A stretch of 64,000 nt of DNA from contig NMRA01000167.1 of assembly GCA_002633005.1 (NCBI GenBank), forward strand, positions 488,460 to 552,459, given 5' to 3'. The position numbers and the translations under genes were made by a program. The notes under the pieces were generated by a model. The model was not told the origin of the DNA. It saw only the letters and a program-made list of their open reading frames with translations, and searched no databases. The stretch is from Phoronis australis (taxonomy: Eukaryota > Animalia > Phoronida). Below are positions 15,201-27,856 of this stretch, in pieces. How positions within the stretch are numbered: the stretch's first letter is position 1; each line of letters opens with the position of its first letter.

Positions 15201-18200
15201 TAGGCACCCTTTCCTCCAGTTTTGTTACTCTGAGCTTTATGAATAATTAAGGTAAATGTCTGCCGTAATTTTACCAAAGATTAAATTTCTCAAATGGCTT
15301 TTGAAATTATATTTGATATTTATATTAGACCCGTGAACTATCCTTGATGATCACAGAATCACATGCGCATGGAACAATGCCCGTATATACGTAACCATGC
15401 GACTGCATTTTTTTCTAAAAACTTATTGTAACAGGTAGGCTCACTCCAGACAAATCAATAAGTCTCAACCTTTACAAAGGTGCATTAATTTGATCATAAA
15501 TCATTTTGTTTAAACTTTGGGTGCTTTTGGTGGGAATTATATGTTCACTAGGTAAACTCATTCACAGGAAATTTATCTGCCATTTAGGCATCCCTACTTA
15601 GGGAAATTGCAAAATTACAATGAATGTCCATCTGTCTGAGTGCCACATTCCAAATGTAGGACTTGTGTAAATTAGTATACCACAAGTGAGACCAACTAAA
15701 ACAGTATATGTTTCATTGGGTGTTTACTCCAATCCTCACTGAAGTGGCTATTTATAGCACATGTTTATTTACTAACACTTCCCCCCTTCATTCAGTCACT
15801 CACTCAGTCTCAGTTAAGAATGGGCAGACTGTGTTGTTGGAATTTTTGAGCAGCTAAGTGAAGACAGTAAAGGAACTTCACTAAACCACAGGACTGTTAT
15901 TTTTACAAGTATCAAAATTTTCGAAAAAAGGGAAAATTGGAAGAAAGGTCCACTTCATTATTTGCCAGGTTTGTGATGCACAGTTGTCATCAAGAAATAC
16001 ACATTGAAATTTGATCAAATTTAACAATACATAGAGCTTTTGGAGAAAGGGAAAAACTGTTTTACCTATTTGCAAATTTTAAACCAGCATGGAAATATAT
16101 AAATCACAAACATTTTTATGTCTGATCTGCACGACACCTATTGGCCACTGATTTTTCCCATATGATTGTTGTTATTTGGAATTTGGGGAACCTTTAAGCT
16201 CCTGGGGGGAGAGTATTCTCTAATATCGGGATTAGTTGAGTGTTTGGGAGCTTGCCAATAACTGTGGTGGTGGTGTTGGAAAAAATCTATGCTGTGCATG
16301 GGGTTAAAACCTAGTTTCCTCTTAAATAATACTGCAGGATCTTTGATAGCTCATCAGGTTATAACAAGAGAGGAAGGAAGAGCAGTGACCATTTGCTTGA
16401 AAAATGCCCCAAACAGAGACTCCATTAAGTTCCCTAAATCTACTGCATTATTGTGTCTTTATTTACTTTTAAATTACTGAAGTCGTCTTTTTTTCAATCA
16501 TTTCATCTTTATTATGAGCTCCTCTTTTCATTAATGACATTTGCTAAATGTTATAACTAAAAACTGAGTCCTGAATTCAGTGAAAATAAATAGGGACATA
16601 GTCCTTAAATTAGGGGCATTGCATGAAATGATCCCTATTTATTTTTGATGATATGGGGAATTCAGTGTAGAGTTCACTTTCGATTTGAATCAAAGCCAAA
16701 CATTGACTTAAGCAATGAAAACTAAAACAATATAAGTTAGAATAGACAATTGGTGTTTTCACAAATCCACAAATACACAGAAGATGTAGGGAACTTAGTC
16801 AAGTCCCTATCTGGGACTGTTTCATGCAACTGGGAACATGGCACCTGTCATTCTGGGCTCAGCTATTCATAATCGACTTGGGATAATAAAACAGTTACCC
16901 TCTCAACAAGGACCGTGAACACTTTGTAAAGCTGTGTTTCATTACACGTACAGTTCAGGTGGAACAGTTTTATGACTAAGAGCATGGTTCACAAAGAACT
17001 GCTTTTACTGACTTTATATTTCAATTTCAAAAGGCATGTTGTGTGTGAATGACACCCATAAATTGCAACCCTCTGCAAAAATTTAAGGCCCTGTGGGGAT
17101 ATTTACCCCTCCAAGCCCAAAATAGATAGGTCAGGAGTTTAAAATGTTCAACCCAGAAAGCACATTTTTCAATTAGACTTCTTGGTCTTGATTTGATCCT
17201 TACTCAGATGAGAATTGATTTACTTGTTTGCAACGTACTGACAGTTAGTTATTCCATGAAATGTTGCGACTGGTATCGACATCTATTGAGTAGGCAATAC
17301 AGCAACACAGAAGACCACATTATGCCACTTGTCAACTTGTGGAGCTCAGTCTCTAACACTCCTTTCAAACCCCCGGTGTTGCCTCAGCAGACTCTTGCAT
17401 CAACCCCAAGGTTGAGCTTTTTGCTCAAGACAAAGCAGCTGAGTATTCCCAGAGATGGATATTTTATCTCCTTTTTGATGATTGGTGAGATTCAGATGCA
17501 ATACTGCCAGTGTTCACTTTTAGTTTCATGAAGTTCATAAAATTAATAAAAATTTACTTGATTGTTTCGCAATTTTTGTAGGAGTGAAGTTGAAAGTTCT
17601 GTGGGCTTTGTGTAATCTGTTTTTGATTTAGGCCGTTTGGTCACCCAAGGAGGTATAGGTAAACTCGAATTAATTTTGTAATGATTCAGCTTGTTTTGTT
17701 TTCTTGAGTGATGCTTTTAGTTCTGTAATGGAGCTATCCTGGCAGTGAATTGGCACGGTCAGATGAACAGATGTTGTAAAAGTGTGCCTAGAGTGGATAC
17801 CCTACCAGAGTCATATCAGGGAATATTTTGTTTGCTTGCATTTCTTTGGCAGTTTAGTTTACCAACAGTTTCTGTTAACCGCTAACTACCGAAGTGCCAT
17901 AGTAACTCCACAGTGCGCTTATGTGTTGTTATAGCTTGTGGAGTAATTATCTTTCCTGGTGATGCATTGCCTCGCATGTCACATCTCCTTCTACTAACCG
18001 CGTGATCCCATTTCCTTCCTGACAGACGAAGACTCTCTCATGCCAGGTGATGTTGATGACCGCTGCGAGAGCGACATCTCACTTTTGGATAGCGAAGACC
18101 TCTCTGGACAAGCTGTCGCCGATGACATTCCTATCCACAACGTACCTGTGATTCGGAACTACCAACAGAAGCCAAATAACAACCTGAACCTATGTCTGTC

Positions 18201-21200
18201 TATTATGGCAGCTTGTGTACTGTGTGTAGCTGTGGGTATGGGCATTGGACATGCTATTGGTAAGTCACTTGACGTTTCTCCGTGTGTAAGGACACAGTCA
18301 TACCAGAATAGCTCTTTGTAGATCTCGAAAACTGGGGTAAAACTGAGTTAAAACTGAATAAACGTGACAGAAGTAGGGATTGAGACTTGTTAGGCCAAGG
18401 TTGTTCATCTCGGTCTGTCTCAAGCGTGATTCATGAAGGCATACTGACCATGACTTTGGTATTGGTGAACCTTCAGCGTTTTAAAGGAAAAATACACATC
18501 CGGGTTGAATTCTGTACACCGCAAGATATAAGCTTGCACTCGCCTCGAAAACTCTTCTAGAAACACTGAATTCATTTCCATAATTCAACATTCCAACTTA
18601 ACCGACCAATCATCTAAGTGGCACCACCTTGCTAGACAGGCTAGTAAGCTCGTGAACATACTTGTGAAATGCTCGCTTTCCCTCAAGTCATTCTATGAAG
18701 TCTTGCGAGGTCATGCGAGAAACTAGGTCAACAAAATGCTCTCCTGCTTGCTACTTCTTGGCAAAGGTTTGTGCTGAGATGAATCAGTAAACGTGATGTG
18801 TCGCCTTAAACTTGTGACGCGGTAAAACTCTTGGATATCAGAGTGGAGGCATGCCATCAGACCCTATGGTAATTCTCCACTTCTTTTGCGCACTCACCAC
18901 ATTTCTCACAGTCACTGTGTTAATGAGGTTTGAAAATTGTAAATTCACCACTTAATTTATCGGTTCACATGTCCTCGTCATGCTGTTGTATACATGGAAA
19001 CATGAGGTGAAAGTGGTGACCTGGATGAGTGTCTAGTCACTAGGTGTTAAGGCAAAAGTTGATATGACTTATACAAGTCATGCAAAAAGCATCAAAGAAG
19101 CTGTGACGTCGGATTTCCCTGTGACTTTTTGAACATTTTGAAGTGTGACAAATTGTGATTTGCCATTTGACACAAACATATTCTTAGTAGTCATGTTATG
19201 ATTGTCGTTTCTCACCTTTGCTGCGCCACTGCTCTCTTCAGGCACGGCCCGTGAAGCATCATTACAGCAAGAGATCCGTCAAGGTCAACAGGAAAGGCTG
19301 CGTGTGCTGCAGGATGACCTCTTGATGTGTTTACAGAAACAGGACGAGATGGACACGACCATTGCCAAATTGACTGAGGTAGGATTGCAGCATGACATAT
19401 TCACGCCTAGTTTGAGTGATGGTTGCATTGTATGCCTTGGGCACTATTTCATGAAAGTTACATGTTTGATAGCAAAACTTAGTACCACGCAATTACGTGC
19501 GTCCTTTTGAAAATGTGAAGCGGTGCTATTGATGCCATCACGGCCATTAAGCTAAACATCATAAGCTAACACATAACGAACTTTCATGAAGCAGATCCTT
19601 GATTAAGACCATTCATCTATTAGTTTTGTATCACACGCAAGTTTCACCAAAAGTTCTGATGGAACAGTCACTAGTCCACTACCATTAGAGTGGCCAGGTT
19701 TCTTCATCACGCTAATTTCTAATCACTTCTTAGTAATTTTAGATTTTTTGGTCCTCATCTATTTGCCGTGGAGTGGCAAGACTGCTGCCATCAAATTCAT
19801 CTGCCCATTCGATGTGTTTCTAGTGATGTAGTGCTTACCTTGAACGTGTATTTAACATTAACTACCAGCACGTACCAATTTTACCACCAGTAGATGGTCG
19901 AGCTGAGTGGTGCAGTCCCATGCCCAGCTATGACTCCCGAGTCTCACACCATGTATTGGTTACCTTTGGTGACCCGAGCCTCACTTTAGTTTGACCCCAT
20001 CAGTGTGACTAACCTGTGATTGCAGATTGAACGCTTACTGAAGGCTGCTGACTACTGGCGTGAGGAATATGAGGAACTACTCAGATCTAAGATGAAGGTC
20101 GGTTCCTATTGGCTGTTTTCTGAAATGGCTAGGACCACTGTCCAATCACTGTACAGTATTGTGCCAAGAAGAATATGGCACCTTTTCTCAATGAACAAAA
20201 CAAAACAAATCTGTATTCACAAGGCAATGTACTGTTTGCAGACTTCCACCTCAATTGCCTTCATTTCATTGACAAATCTCGTTTTTTGTTGCTGTGCAAA
20301 TAGTCCAGCACAATTTTATTTCTGAATGCTGCTGGTTTTTAGAAGTTCATAAAATTATCTTTTGAAACAGTGAGTCAAAATTCTATCTTGAGTGGCTAAT
20401 TTATACGGATGGATGAAATTCGATGATGAATCGCAAATGGAAGATCATATTATGTTATTGTATTGCATTATGTGTATTTATCTGCTGACACGCAGTTCAG
20501 GGGTTTGAGTTGCTTTAAGACGCACCAGTTTTTGATTGTAAAGATGGCTGTGAAAGATGGGGTTGTGTATTGTTTCTGAATTGCTCTTGTAAGTGAGTCC
20601 CTGTCGAATTACATGTTAATTGAGTGGTGTTGCATGAATTGGTTTCAAATGGCAGTCAAACTGAGCTGTGGTTTGTGTATTAAGATGTCACAAATTGCAA
20701 CTTCACCGGATCTGACTTTGTTTTATGGCTCAGCACCTGTATTTGGTCCGAGTCGGATGTGAGTGAACAAAACGTCGTACAAAAACAGTTCTGTAACTTT
20801 TTATCCCAATTTTGACCGGTACAAGATCAACTCTTTTAAAGCCATCAAGATATTCATTAGTAAATATTTTTTTCATGGTCCCTCCATGACTTTGAAAAAT
20901 GGTGATTCACTCAGAATGACTTTATGATGGATGTTTATCTACAACAGTAGGTCTATGGTGAAATTTCCATTTACTACATCAGTACATATAAGTGATATGG
21001 TCAAATTTACATTTATTACACAAAAGATCTATGGTAAAGTTTTTGGTCTAAGTTATGATTACTGTCGCTTCATGGACCTACTAAGTATTTGTGGCTTTTC
21101 TGTTTTCGTCTTGCTGATGTTCATGCTTCCATTTTATATTTAACACGACATATTCATTCAGAATGAAGAAAAGTGGCGGCAGGAGAAAGAACAGCTGACG

Positions 21201-24200
21201 TCAACCACCACTGTGGTGCCCCAGCTGGTACCTCAGGGGCGACAAGGAGTTCCTCTAGCTTACTATGCGTATCTGTCAGAGAAGGTGGGTGAACAAAAAT
21301 TCTGTTGAATGATTACCTATGATAATGACGGCAGGATGGTAAAATTCTCCAATTTGGGACAGTCTGTAGAATTTGGGATACTGATATTCTAGCAGATATT
21401 TAATTTGCTCGATTCTGACGATTGGGACACAGGCAATTTTGATTTGATCAACCAAGCCATGATTAGAACACAGACTTATTCTGTGATTTGTTGATGTCAT
21501 CGCTTTGTGTCCTCACATCCCTTGTAGGTCAAGGCGTCACCTCCTTCCCTGGTGACGTTGATAAAGTTCAAGGTCATGTGTACATAAACTGATTAACATA
21601 AAATACTTCGGGTGACACAGGCCTTTACTGTAGCTGTAAAATGTAGCTTCAACAGGTATGTTAAGTCATTTCTCTGCAGCATTGTGCTACGTGGGTTTTC
21701 TATGTTCTCTAGCGTAATTTGCTGAAGACCATCAAGGTAAAAGAGCGGGACATCCTCAACCTGCGTTTGAAGCTGGACTTGCAGAAAGCGATAACTAAAG
21801 AGCACATTCAGCTGGAGAATAGACTGAAGGATGACATGGGCCAGAGTGAGGATACCAAACATCACTTGGAGACAGAGGTGTCTTTATTGAAGGTAAGAGT
21901 CATGTTGTCATGGAGATTGGTTTGTAGATTTTGTGAAAGTACTATGCATCGCTTGGAGACAGGTGTCTGTGTTGATGGTCGGAGCCATGTTGCCATGATG
22001 GAAGCTGGTCTGAAGGTCTTTGTGTTGGTCAGTAAGGGTTGATTAACACTAGGAAGCAGGAGGTCTGTGTGTTGAAGGTAGGTAGTCTTGTTTCCATGGA
22101 AAATTGTCGGTTGTGGACCTTGTTGAGGATATTGAACACTGCGCATGAAGACTTTGAGGTAGTAATCTTGAAGGTGGGTAGAACTTGGTGAAGATGTTGG
22201 ATCTCGCACGATAAAAGGCAGACTGTGGGGTGTCTAATGTTGAAGGTAGGTTGCTATGTAAGCAAGGCTATAGACAGGTTTTCAGTACGATATAAGAACT
22301 AGTCTTTCTTCTCAGCCCCTGGTTTGCTTCATGTAAGATATCGTCATGGTTGCATTGTCCTTTCAGTTCAGCTTGGTAGTGTAGAAGTTGCACCTTTGAG
22401 CTGGCATACATCAGTTAGTCTTAGGTGGAAGTTATAGCCTTCTGCTTTGGCCGAGTGCTTCCGGCTGTTAGTTGTCACTAATGCATAATGACTGACTTCC
22501 TGTCAGCGTTTTTCAATAGTTCAACATCATGATGGTAAATGACATATGACAGTACCTTACTCTTAGAAGATTTTGCCAAGGATGCACCAGAACAACCTTT
22601 AAGAAAACTTTTCTTTATTATTTACTCATCTATAGGCATTTGCAAATGTCAAGTAAAACACCATGCCGAGGTTTATTTTCAAGCACAGATGTGCAATTTC
22701 TGCTGCAATTACATGGAGATTATTTTGCAGGCAGTATTTTGAAAAGTTAGTACTTTGATATTAAAAGATTTGTAACAGGCAAAACACTTTCTTGTCTGCC
22801 ACCTTGATTTTGTTGGCGATGCATCTGAACATAAAGCTGCCATTGTGTCCATTATTTCTTGGTGGAAATGTTCAAAGTGCTTTCTTTAATGAACCCAAGG
22901 CTGGTAGATTCCATTATTTTTAGGTGGAACATTTCTAAGTGTTTCCATTTACTTCTAGGTGGAAAAGGAAAACTTAGAAGAAAAGTTACAAGAAGAGCAT
23001 GAGGATGATGTTATCCTTCAGTCTACTATTGATTCACTTCGGAGTGAGAACAGCGATCTAAAGAACAAGTTGACGCTGGAAGAGAGGGATGCTCACCAAC
23101 TTGAGAAGAAGATAGCGCTGTTGGAGGCGGAGCTTAGCCACGAGGTCATGGATGACATCAGCTTGGAGTCTGAGATCATGTCTCTGAGGAGGGAGATTGG
23201 CCATCTGAGAACCACCATTGAAGAGATGGTGTCGAGAGAGGAGAACATGGTAGGTTTTGTTGTACAGGGCTTGGAATTTTGGTTGTATAAATGGGATGGT
23301 GCTTTGAGTTTTTAGGTTGGGCCTGTGTAGCTGTAGTTTTTCAAAATAAGGTCTTTGATAGAACTCTGTCAGACTATATGATGAGCTTCTTGTTGGGAAT
23401 ATTTCAATTGGGTATTATTTCAATTGGCAGTCTAGTTGAAGTTTTATCACACTAAAATGTCTTTTTTGTTTAAGGTGATGTTTAACCATTAATTATTTAC
23501 AGCATTAATTATGATTGTAAATGGCCATGCACAATTATGCAGCAGCACCTGTCGCCATCACTGTAATCAGCTGATTGTGGTTAGTCCATACTGTGTGTAT
23601 TTAGCTGAATCTTAAATCTTCCCTCAGACAAGAAGTATTGGATTTGGAGAACTGGACAATGGTCACTGTACTGCGAATGGGATGCACCTTGAGCAATGTG
23701 GTAAGGTGTTTCTTTATTTCCTGCATCTGTTAAAATGCACATCTTTGTGCTCCCCAACATAGTGAGAGTGCATCTCTGTCTGCCTGTCTCTCCGTCCATC
23801 TGTCTGGTGTTTGACCATTCGTCTGTTAAGCATTCAACTCTGCATCTCTTTTATACTAAATCTTTTTGAATTATTCGTAAAATTTTGGCGACATGATTTA
23901 ATTCTATGAAGAAGATGCTGTCACACGCCAGTTATGACAGATCACGGTTCTGATGAAGACTTGAGTCTTGCTTCAGCAATTTGGTACTTCCACATGACCA
24001 TTTATGAATAAAGTTAAAGCCTATCTTGAACGGTAACACCTAAGTGAATTTAGTTCCTACAGTATGTTAGGAGCATCGCTCTGAACCCACTATTGCCATA
24101 AATTTCCAAATGTAACGAACTGTTAGGCGTATTGGCTTGCTTTTGTCTAGGTCACCTCAAGAATCACCTTTTAATTCAAACAGCTGCGAGTAACACCCGC

Positions 24201-27167
24201 AAACAGTGGTGTTTTATTCAGACCCCTATTCAGTACAACTGTTATTGGCCTTTGTTTGTGCTGGGATCTCGCAGTGATGCAACATGGCACGAAAAGGTAG
24301 CTTCACCTATTATTTGATGGGCTTACATTTGCGGGATTGAACTTGCGTTTTCTTACTTTACTAAGGCTGTGCTAGGACAATCGGGTTAGCTCAGTACATT
24401 TAAAATAACAACATTCTGTTGAAGTTTGGCTTTAAAGTTTTTGCCAAGATGGAATGGATCATATCTGTCACCGTCTTGCGTAAAAGTGTATAATATGAGC
24501 ATTCCATGTGGTGTGGACGTTTGCTGTTGTTTAAGTCAGCATTCACAGACAACCTTCATGTAAATGACTCATGCTGATCCAGTTTGTGATCAGGTGTCGT
24601 GTAAGTGCGACTAAACTGGACCAAGTCGTGCCATGACCACTCAAACCTTGGCAGCCGTTCCCGGGTAAAACAGGTTTAGTGGTTGGTATTTGAGTAGCAC
24701 TAACCACATGTTTGCTGTAGTTACGGCCATCATCTTTTGTTTGAGCTCTTTGGATCACCGATTTCCTTTAGTGTTGCCACTTCCTGGAATTTTAACACCA
24801 TTCTGGGTTTAGCTATTTACAACACATAGGGGGCAGTAAATCGAATGTCTTCTCTGGCAGGACTATAAACCCTTGCCAGGCCAACTGGAACTTTCGCAAG
24901 GCTAAGAGCACAGTTCACAAAGAACTACTTTCGCTGACATTTCAAGTCAATTTCAAAAGCCTATGTTGTATGAACGGCATCCATGATTTACAACTTTCCC
25001 AAATTCAAAGACACCATGGGGACTAGTTAACCCCTCCCTACGCAAAATGACTAAAAGGCTGACTTGGCTTGAGTACATAAGACCCCAGTTCAACCATATA
25101 CAATTATTATAACAGTTTGGCGAATCTCCAAAAGAGATGTGCCTGGGGTTGCATGCCATGAACATCCTGAGTGCAAAAAGTTTAAAATTGGTCGGTAACC
25201 TTGAAGTTGAGCATAACCAAGAACGGGTTTCTTTAGGTGAAATATTTGAAACGGAAGCGAGGGTTAAGTCAAACTTGGGCAGTAACCCCAATGTGTATTG
25301 TGAATTATTATCCATCTGCGTTATTTCCTTTGAAGGACTTGTTGACGTGACAAAGTACACCAAGGAGATGCAAGATGTTTACATGAAGGTTAGTACAATT
25401 CGCACCGTGTTCATGATCAGTTCACGTCTCAGCATGGCTTCTGGAGATTGCGTGTACAGTTCACGCCAAAAGTTTCCAGACAATTTTCCATTTCCTCATC
25501 ATGACGGATAACATCTTCTCGTTCCATGTGCTCTAACCTAAAAATTCCCTTTGCACGCGGCCATCGTTAGGGCGGTGTTCGCTTTCACGCAGTCTTCATA
25601 GCGGGGAACTGTGGGCTATTTTAGTCTGGATTATTTTTTCGTCAACTGTGTTTATAATGATAGACTATAACTATACTTGGTCTTGTTCTAGTATGAAAAA
25701 TGGCAATAGGGTGCTCTTATGGGACTTTCCGTATCGCTGTATCTGTGATTATTTGAAGCAGAATTTCAACATATGAGCTGGTTAAAAACTAGAATTGAAT
25801 GATAGCTTTTACTCTCAGAAATATCGCAATTAACCTTACCTTGATAGAATCCCATTCCGTAGCAAAATCAAAGTTGTAGGCAGTGAGTATGTGTGTGATT
25901 TCGCCATTCTGTATGTGTGATTTTGCAATTTTAGGGTTGGCCAACCCTGATTAACTCAGAGATATTCTTGAGTTGTTGAAGGTTTCAATAATCTTGTTGG
26001 TAATGGAAATGGAATTCTGTGATGGTGAATGTGAAACCAATTTAACGAGAGAACATGTAAAAGGCTAGATTCGATTTTTGTTTTTAGGCAGCTTAACACC
26101 GTAGAACATGTATACAATGAAACAAATTAACGTGTTTTAACTTCAAGTTCTACTTTTTGACTACTGTGCATTGGTGCACTTGTCTTTTCAGTCAGCCCTT
26201 ACCAGTCTGCCGCTTGATCAGCCTGCCATTTTGGATCTCACTACGTCCGCCCAAGACAAGACTGATAGTTTGCGGGAACTGCAGCAGTTATACAGCATTC
26301 AAACTGCATCCTTATCAGCTCAAATTGTAAGGCAGAGGCACACCATTCTGTTTCATGGTACCGTAAATCATAGGCTCAATACTCAGCTCCGGCAGTGTCA
26401 GAAGGACGGGGTCAATATCACTCAGCCAACTTTCTCATCATGTCTGTCGTTGCTACTCAACTGTAGTGCATGTAGTGATGTTCATCTTGAAAACATCAGC
26501 TCTGTCCTTCATATGTACCTTGCGTACTTTATGAACTCAACTCTCAACTCCGAGTTCATGGAGTATCTGCAGAGGAAGCAGACCGACTATACATCGTCGG
26601 AACATTTCAAACACTTCTCTAGACAATTCCGTTCTGCTTTTGAGCAAGCTCAGAACATTTTCCAATCGGGCTGGAAGAATTTCCGCAAGGCTAACCATTC
26701 TGAGAACTTCAAGAAGTCAGCAGACAATGCAAAGCAGACCGTGAATCGGTTCTGGAAGAAGTTTCAAAGATCTGACACTTATGCCTCTGTGATGAAGGCA
26801 GCGGACCAAACGTCGAAAGTGCTGAACAATGTGTCCCATAAGGTGTCTGATAAGGTGCAGAGCACCGTGAACCATATTCATAGATATGGCGCACCAGTCT
26901 TACAAAAGTTATACAACAGCACGCGTGACACAGTTCTCAACATCCCTCCTTGGAGGGACATCAAGGAAGCCACGAAGAAGTTTACGAATTCCAGGAAGTC
27001 GTCGGTGAAGGAGATGTATCAGAAGGTGAAAGAGAATGTGGCTGAAGGCTGGAGACATGTGAAGGAGAGTTGTTCTTGGTGCAGAAAGGAACAAAGAGCG
27101 AGCAAGTACTATGGAAAAGAAGCCAAAGTGGGCCTCAGGAAACCGGAACGTGATGATGATGATGATT

Positions 27168-27200
<33 letters not shown>

Positions 27201-27856
27201 GGGATGATGGTGATGGGGAGAAGGATGGCAGAGTTGATAAGAAATATAAGGAGAATCATGCTGCTGAAGTGTTTAAGAAAGGGTTTGGGAAGTATGTCTT
27301 ATACTTGCATGCCTTGGGTGTGGGAGAGACCTATGGGAAAATGACCAAAAAAGACAAGAGACTCATTTATCAGAAGCTAAAGGACTTTGGGGAGGACCAC
27401 AGACACTCAGTCATCAAGCTTGGTAAGAAAGGTTGGTTTTTCTGCCAACTGCAGTGGTGGAGTCAAGCGGCTAAAGGCGGTCATATGAAATCTGCAGAAT
27501 CGTGTGATGGAGACCTGATGGATTGGCAAGTGAAGCTGAGTAAGTCTTCAAGTGTGGGCAACAACCGGGTCAATGGAAGTAGGAAGGCTGTAACTAGTGA
27601 TCACGACTCTGATGGAGGCTGGTACTTCCGGCACTATGACAATCGCAAGGTAGTTGACGACGCAGCATGGTACTTTCATCGCAGCGATGGTCGAGATCAC
27701 CAGCGTCATGACTCTAGACAACAGTCGAGTCGCGTGCACTACATGCGCAAACCCATCAGCCAGCGACGACATCACAACGTCGACTGGATTGAGCGGCGTG
27801 CGAGGGAAAGGGCACAACTGAGACGGGAGCAGAGGGGTGACCACACCAGGTGGTAA
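14..27856 (+). CDS. CCPG1: CCPG1/PBXIP1-like type II ER membrane protein (putative ER-phagy receptor); 5'-partial spliced gene with 11 exons in the window
   Basis: Exons 14-227, 1137-1434, 12634-12701, 14071-14187, 18026-18259, 19242-19378, 20026-20097, 21162-21284, 21713-21892, 22959-23249 and 26192-27856 all have AG/GT boundaries and matching phases. They total 3399 nt (1132 aa + stop). The Ser/Asp-rich N-part carries SDSDSDFVRIEP and ESDISLL (cf. CCPG1 FIR motifs SDSDIVTLEP, SDIEML). The TM segment LNLCLSIMAACVLCVAVGMGIGHAIG resembles CCPG1 [22 protein letters not shown] and is followed by a coiled coil and a luminal tail with many N-x-S/T sequons. Confidence 0.75.
1137..1434 (+). CDS. CCPG1-like exon B (Ser-rich, ...IESDDSDR)
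   Basis: Acceptor tttttacag|, donor |gtaaga, phase 1 to 2, in frame with ORF 1184-1438. Confidence 0.75.
6081..6404 (-). promoter_or_regulatory. Cluster of four co-oriented CTCF-like motifs within an intronic repeat
   Basis: On the minus strand: tggccactaggtggca (6081-6096), gtcactaggaggcgtc (~6220-6235), tgccactagggggcac (~6274-6289), gtccactagatggcgc (~6389-6404). All resemble the CCASYAGRKGGCR consensus. Confidence 0.45.
7261..7540. repeat. 43-bp minisatellite, about 6.3 copies (ttgaccagtkcctcagtgatgtggtattgtgtccattccattg)
   Basis: Units start at 7261, 7304, 7347, 7390, 7433 and 7476, with a partial unit at 7519. No spacers. Confidence 0.95.
12634..12701 (+). CDS. CCPG1-like exon C (FSADFLGRSGLELRRQASSSDS)
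   Basis: Strong pyrimidine tract ttttcttttccag|, donor |gtgaga; phase 2 to 1 links exons B and D. Confidence 0.75.
14071..14187 (+). CDS. CCPG1-like exon D (DSDFVRIEP..., FIR/LIR-like core)
   Basis: Acceptor ttgcag|, donor |gtgagg, phase 1 to 1. Confidence 0.8.
16975..17065 (+). repeat. Dispersed repeat fragment; second copy at about 24900-24990
   Basis: ctaagagcatggttcacaaagaactgcttttactgac...caatttcaaaaggcatgttg versus ctaagagcacagttcacaaagaactactttcgctgac...caatttcaaaagcctatgttg. Confidence 0.65.
18026..18259 (+). CDS. CCPG1-like exon E (ESDISLL motif and transmembrane helix)
   Basis: Acceptor ttccttcctgacag|, donor |gtaagt; hydrophobic segment LCLSIMAACVLCVAVGMGIGHAIG. Confidence 0.85.
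19242..19378 (+). CDS. CCPG1-like exon F (coiled coil, ...LQDDLLMCLQKQ...)
   Basis: Acceptor ctctcttcag|, donor |gtagga, phase 1 to 0. Confidence 0.85.
20026..20097 (+). CDS. CCPG1-like exon G (IERLLKAADYWREEYEELLRSKMK)
   Basis: Acceptor ttgcag|, donor |gtcggt, 72 nt, phase 0 to 0. Confidence 0.75.
21162..21284 (+). CDS. CCPG1-like exon H (NEEKWRQEKEQL...YLSEK)
   Basis: Acceptor ttcattcag|, donor |gtgggt, 123-nt open frame, phase 0 to 0. Confidence 0.75.
21713..21892 (+). CDS. CCPG1-like exon I (coiled coil)
   Basis: Acceptor ttctctag|, donor |gtaaga, 180 nt, heptad-like L/E/K pattern. Confidence 0.8.
22959..23249 (+). CDS. CCPG1-like exon J (coiled coil)
   Basis: Acceptor acttctag|, donor |gtaggt, 291 nt, clear heptad pattern. 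Confidence 0.85.
26192..27856 (+). CDS. CCPG1-like terminal exon (luminal domain, poly-Asp tract, W-Y/I-x-R motifs, stop TAA)
   Basis: Acceptor tgtcttttcag| in frame with the 561-aa ORF 26171-27856. Confidence 0.9.
27152..27214 (+). repeat. (GAT)n coding microsatellite encoding a poly-Asp tract
   Basis: gatgatgatgatgattatgatgat... read directly; translates as DDDDDYDDDDDDDDDDGDDGD. Confidence 0.95.

Noticed and set aside
24953-25511. ORFs of 124-136 aa in the last CCPG1-like intron
   Set aside because: No recognisable domain, they overlap repeat fragments, and exon J already joins the terminal exon in phase.
26709-27844. Antisense and alternative-frame ORFs (poly-Ile, poly-Met)
   Set aside because: Shadows of the (GAT)n tract and of the real terminal exon.
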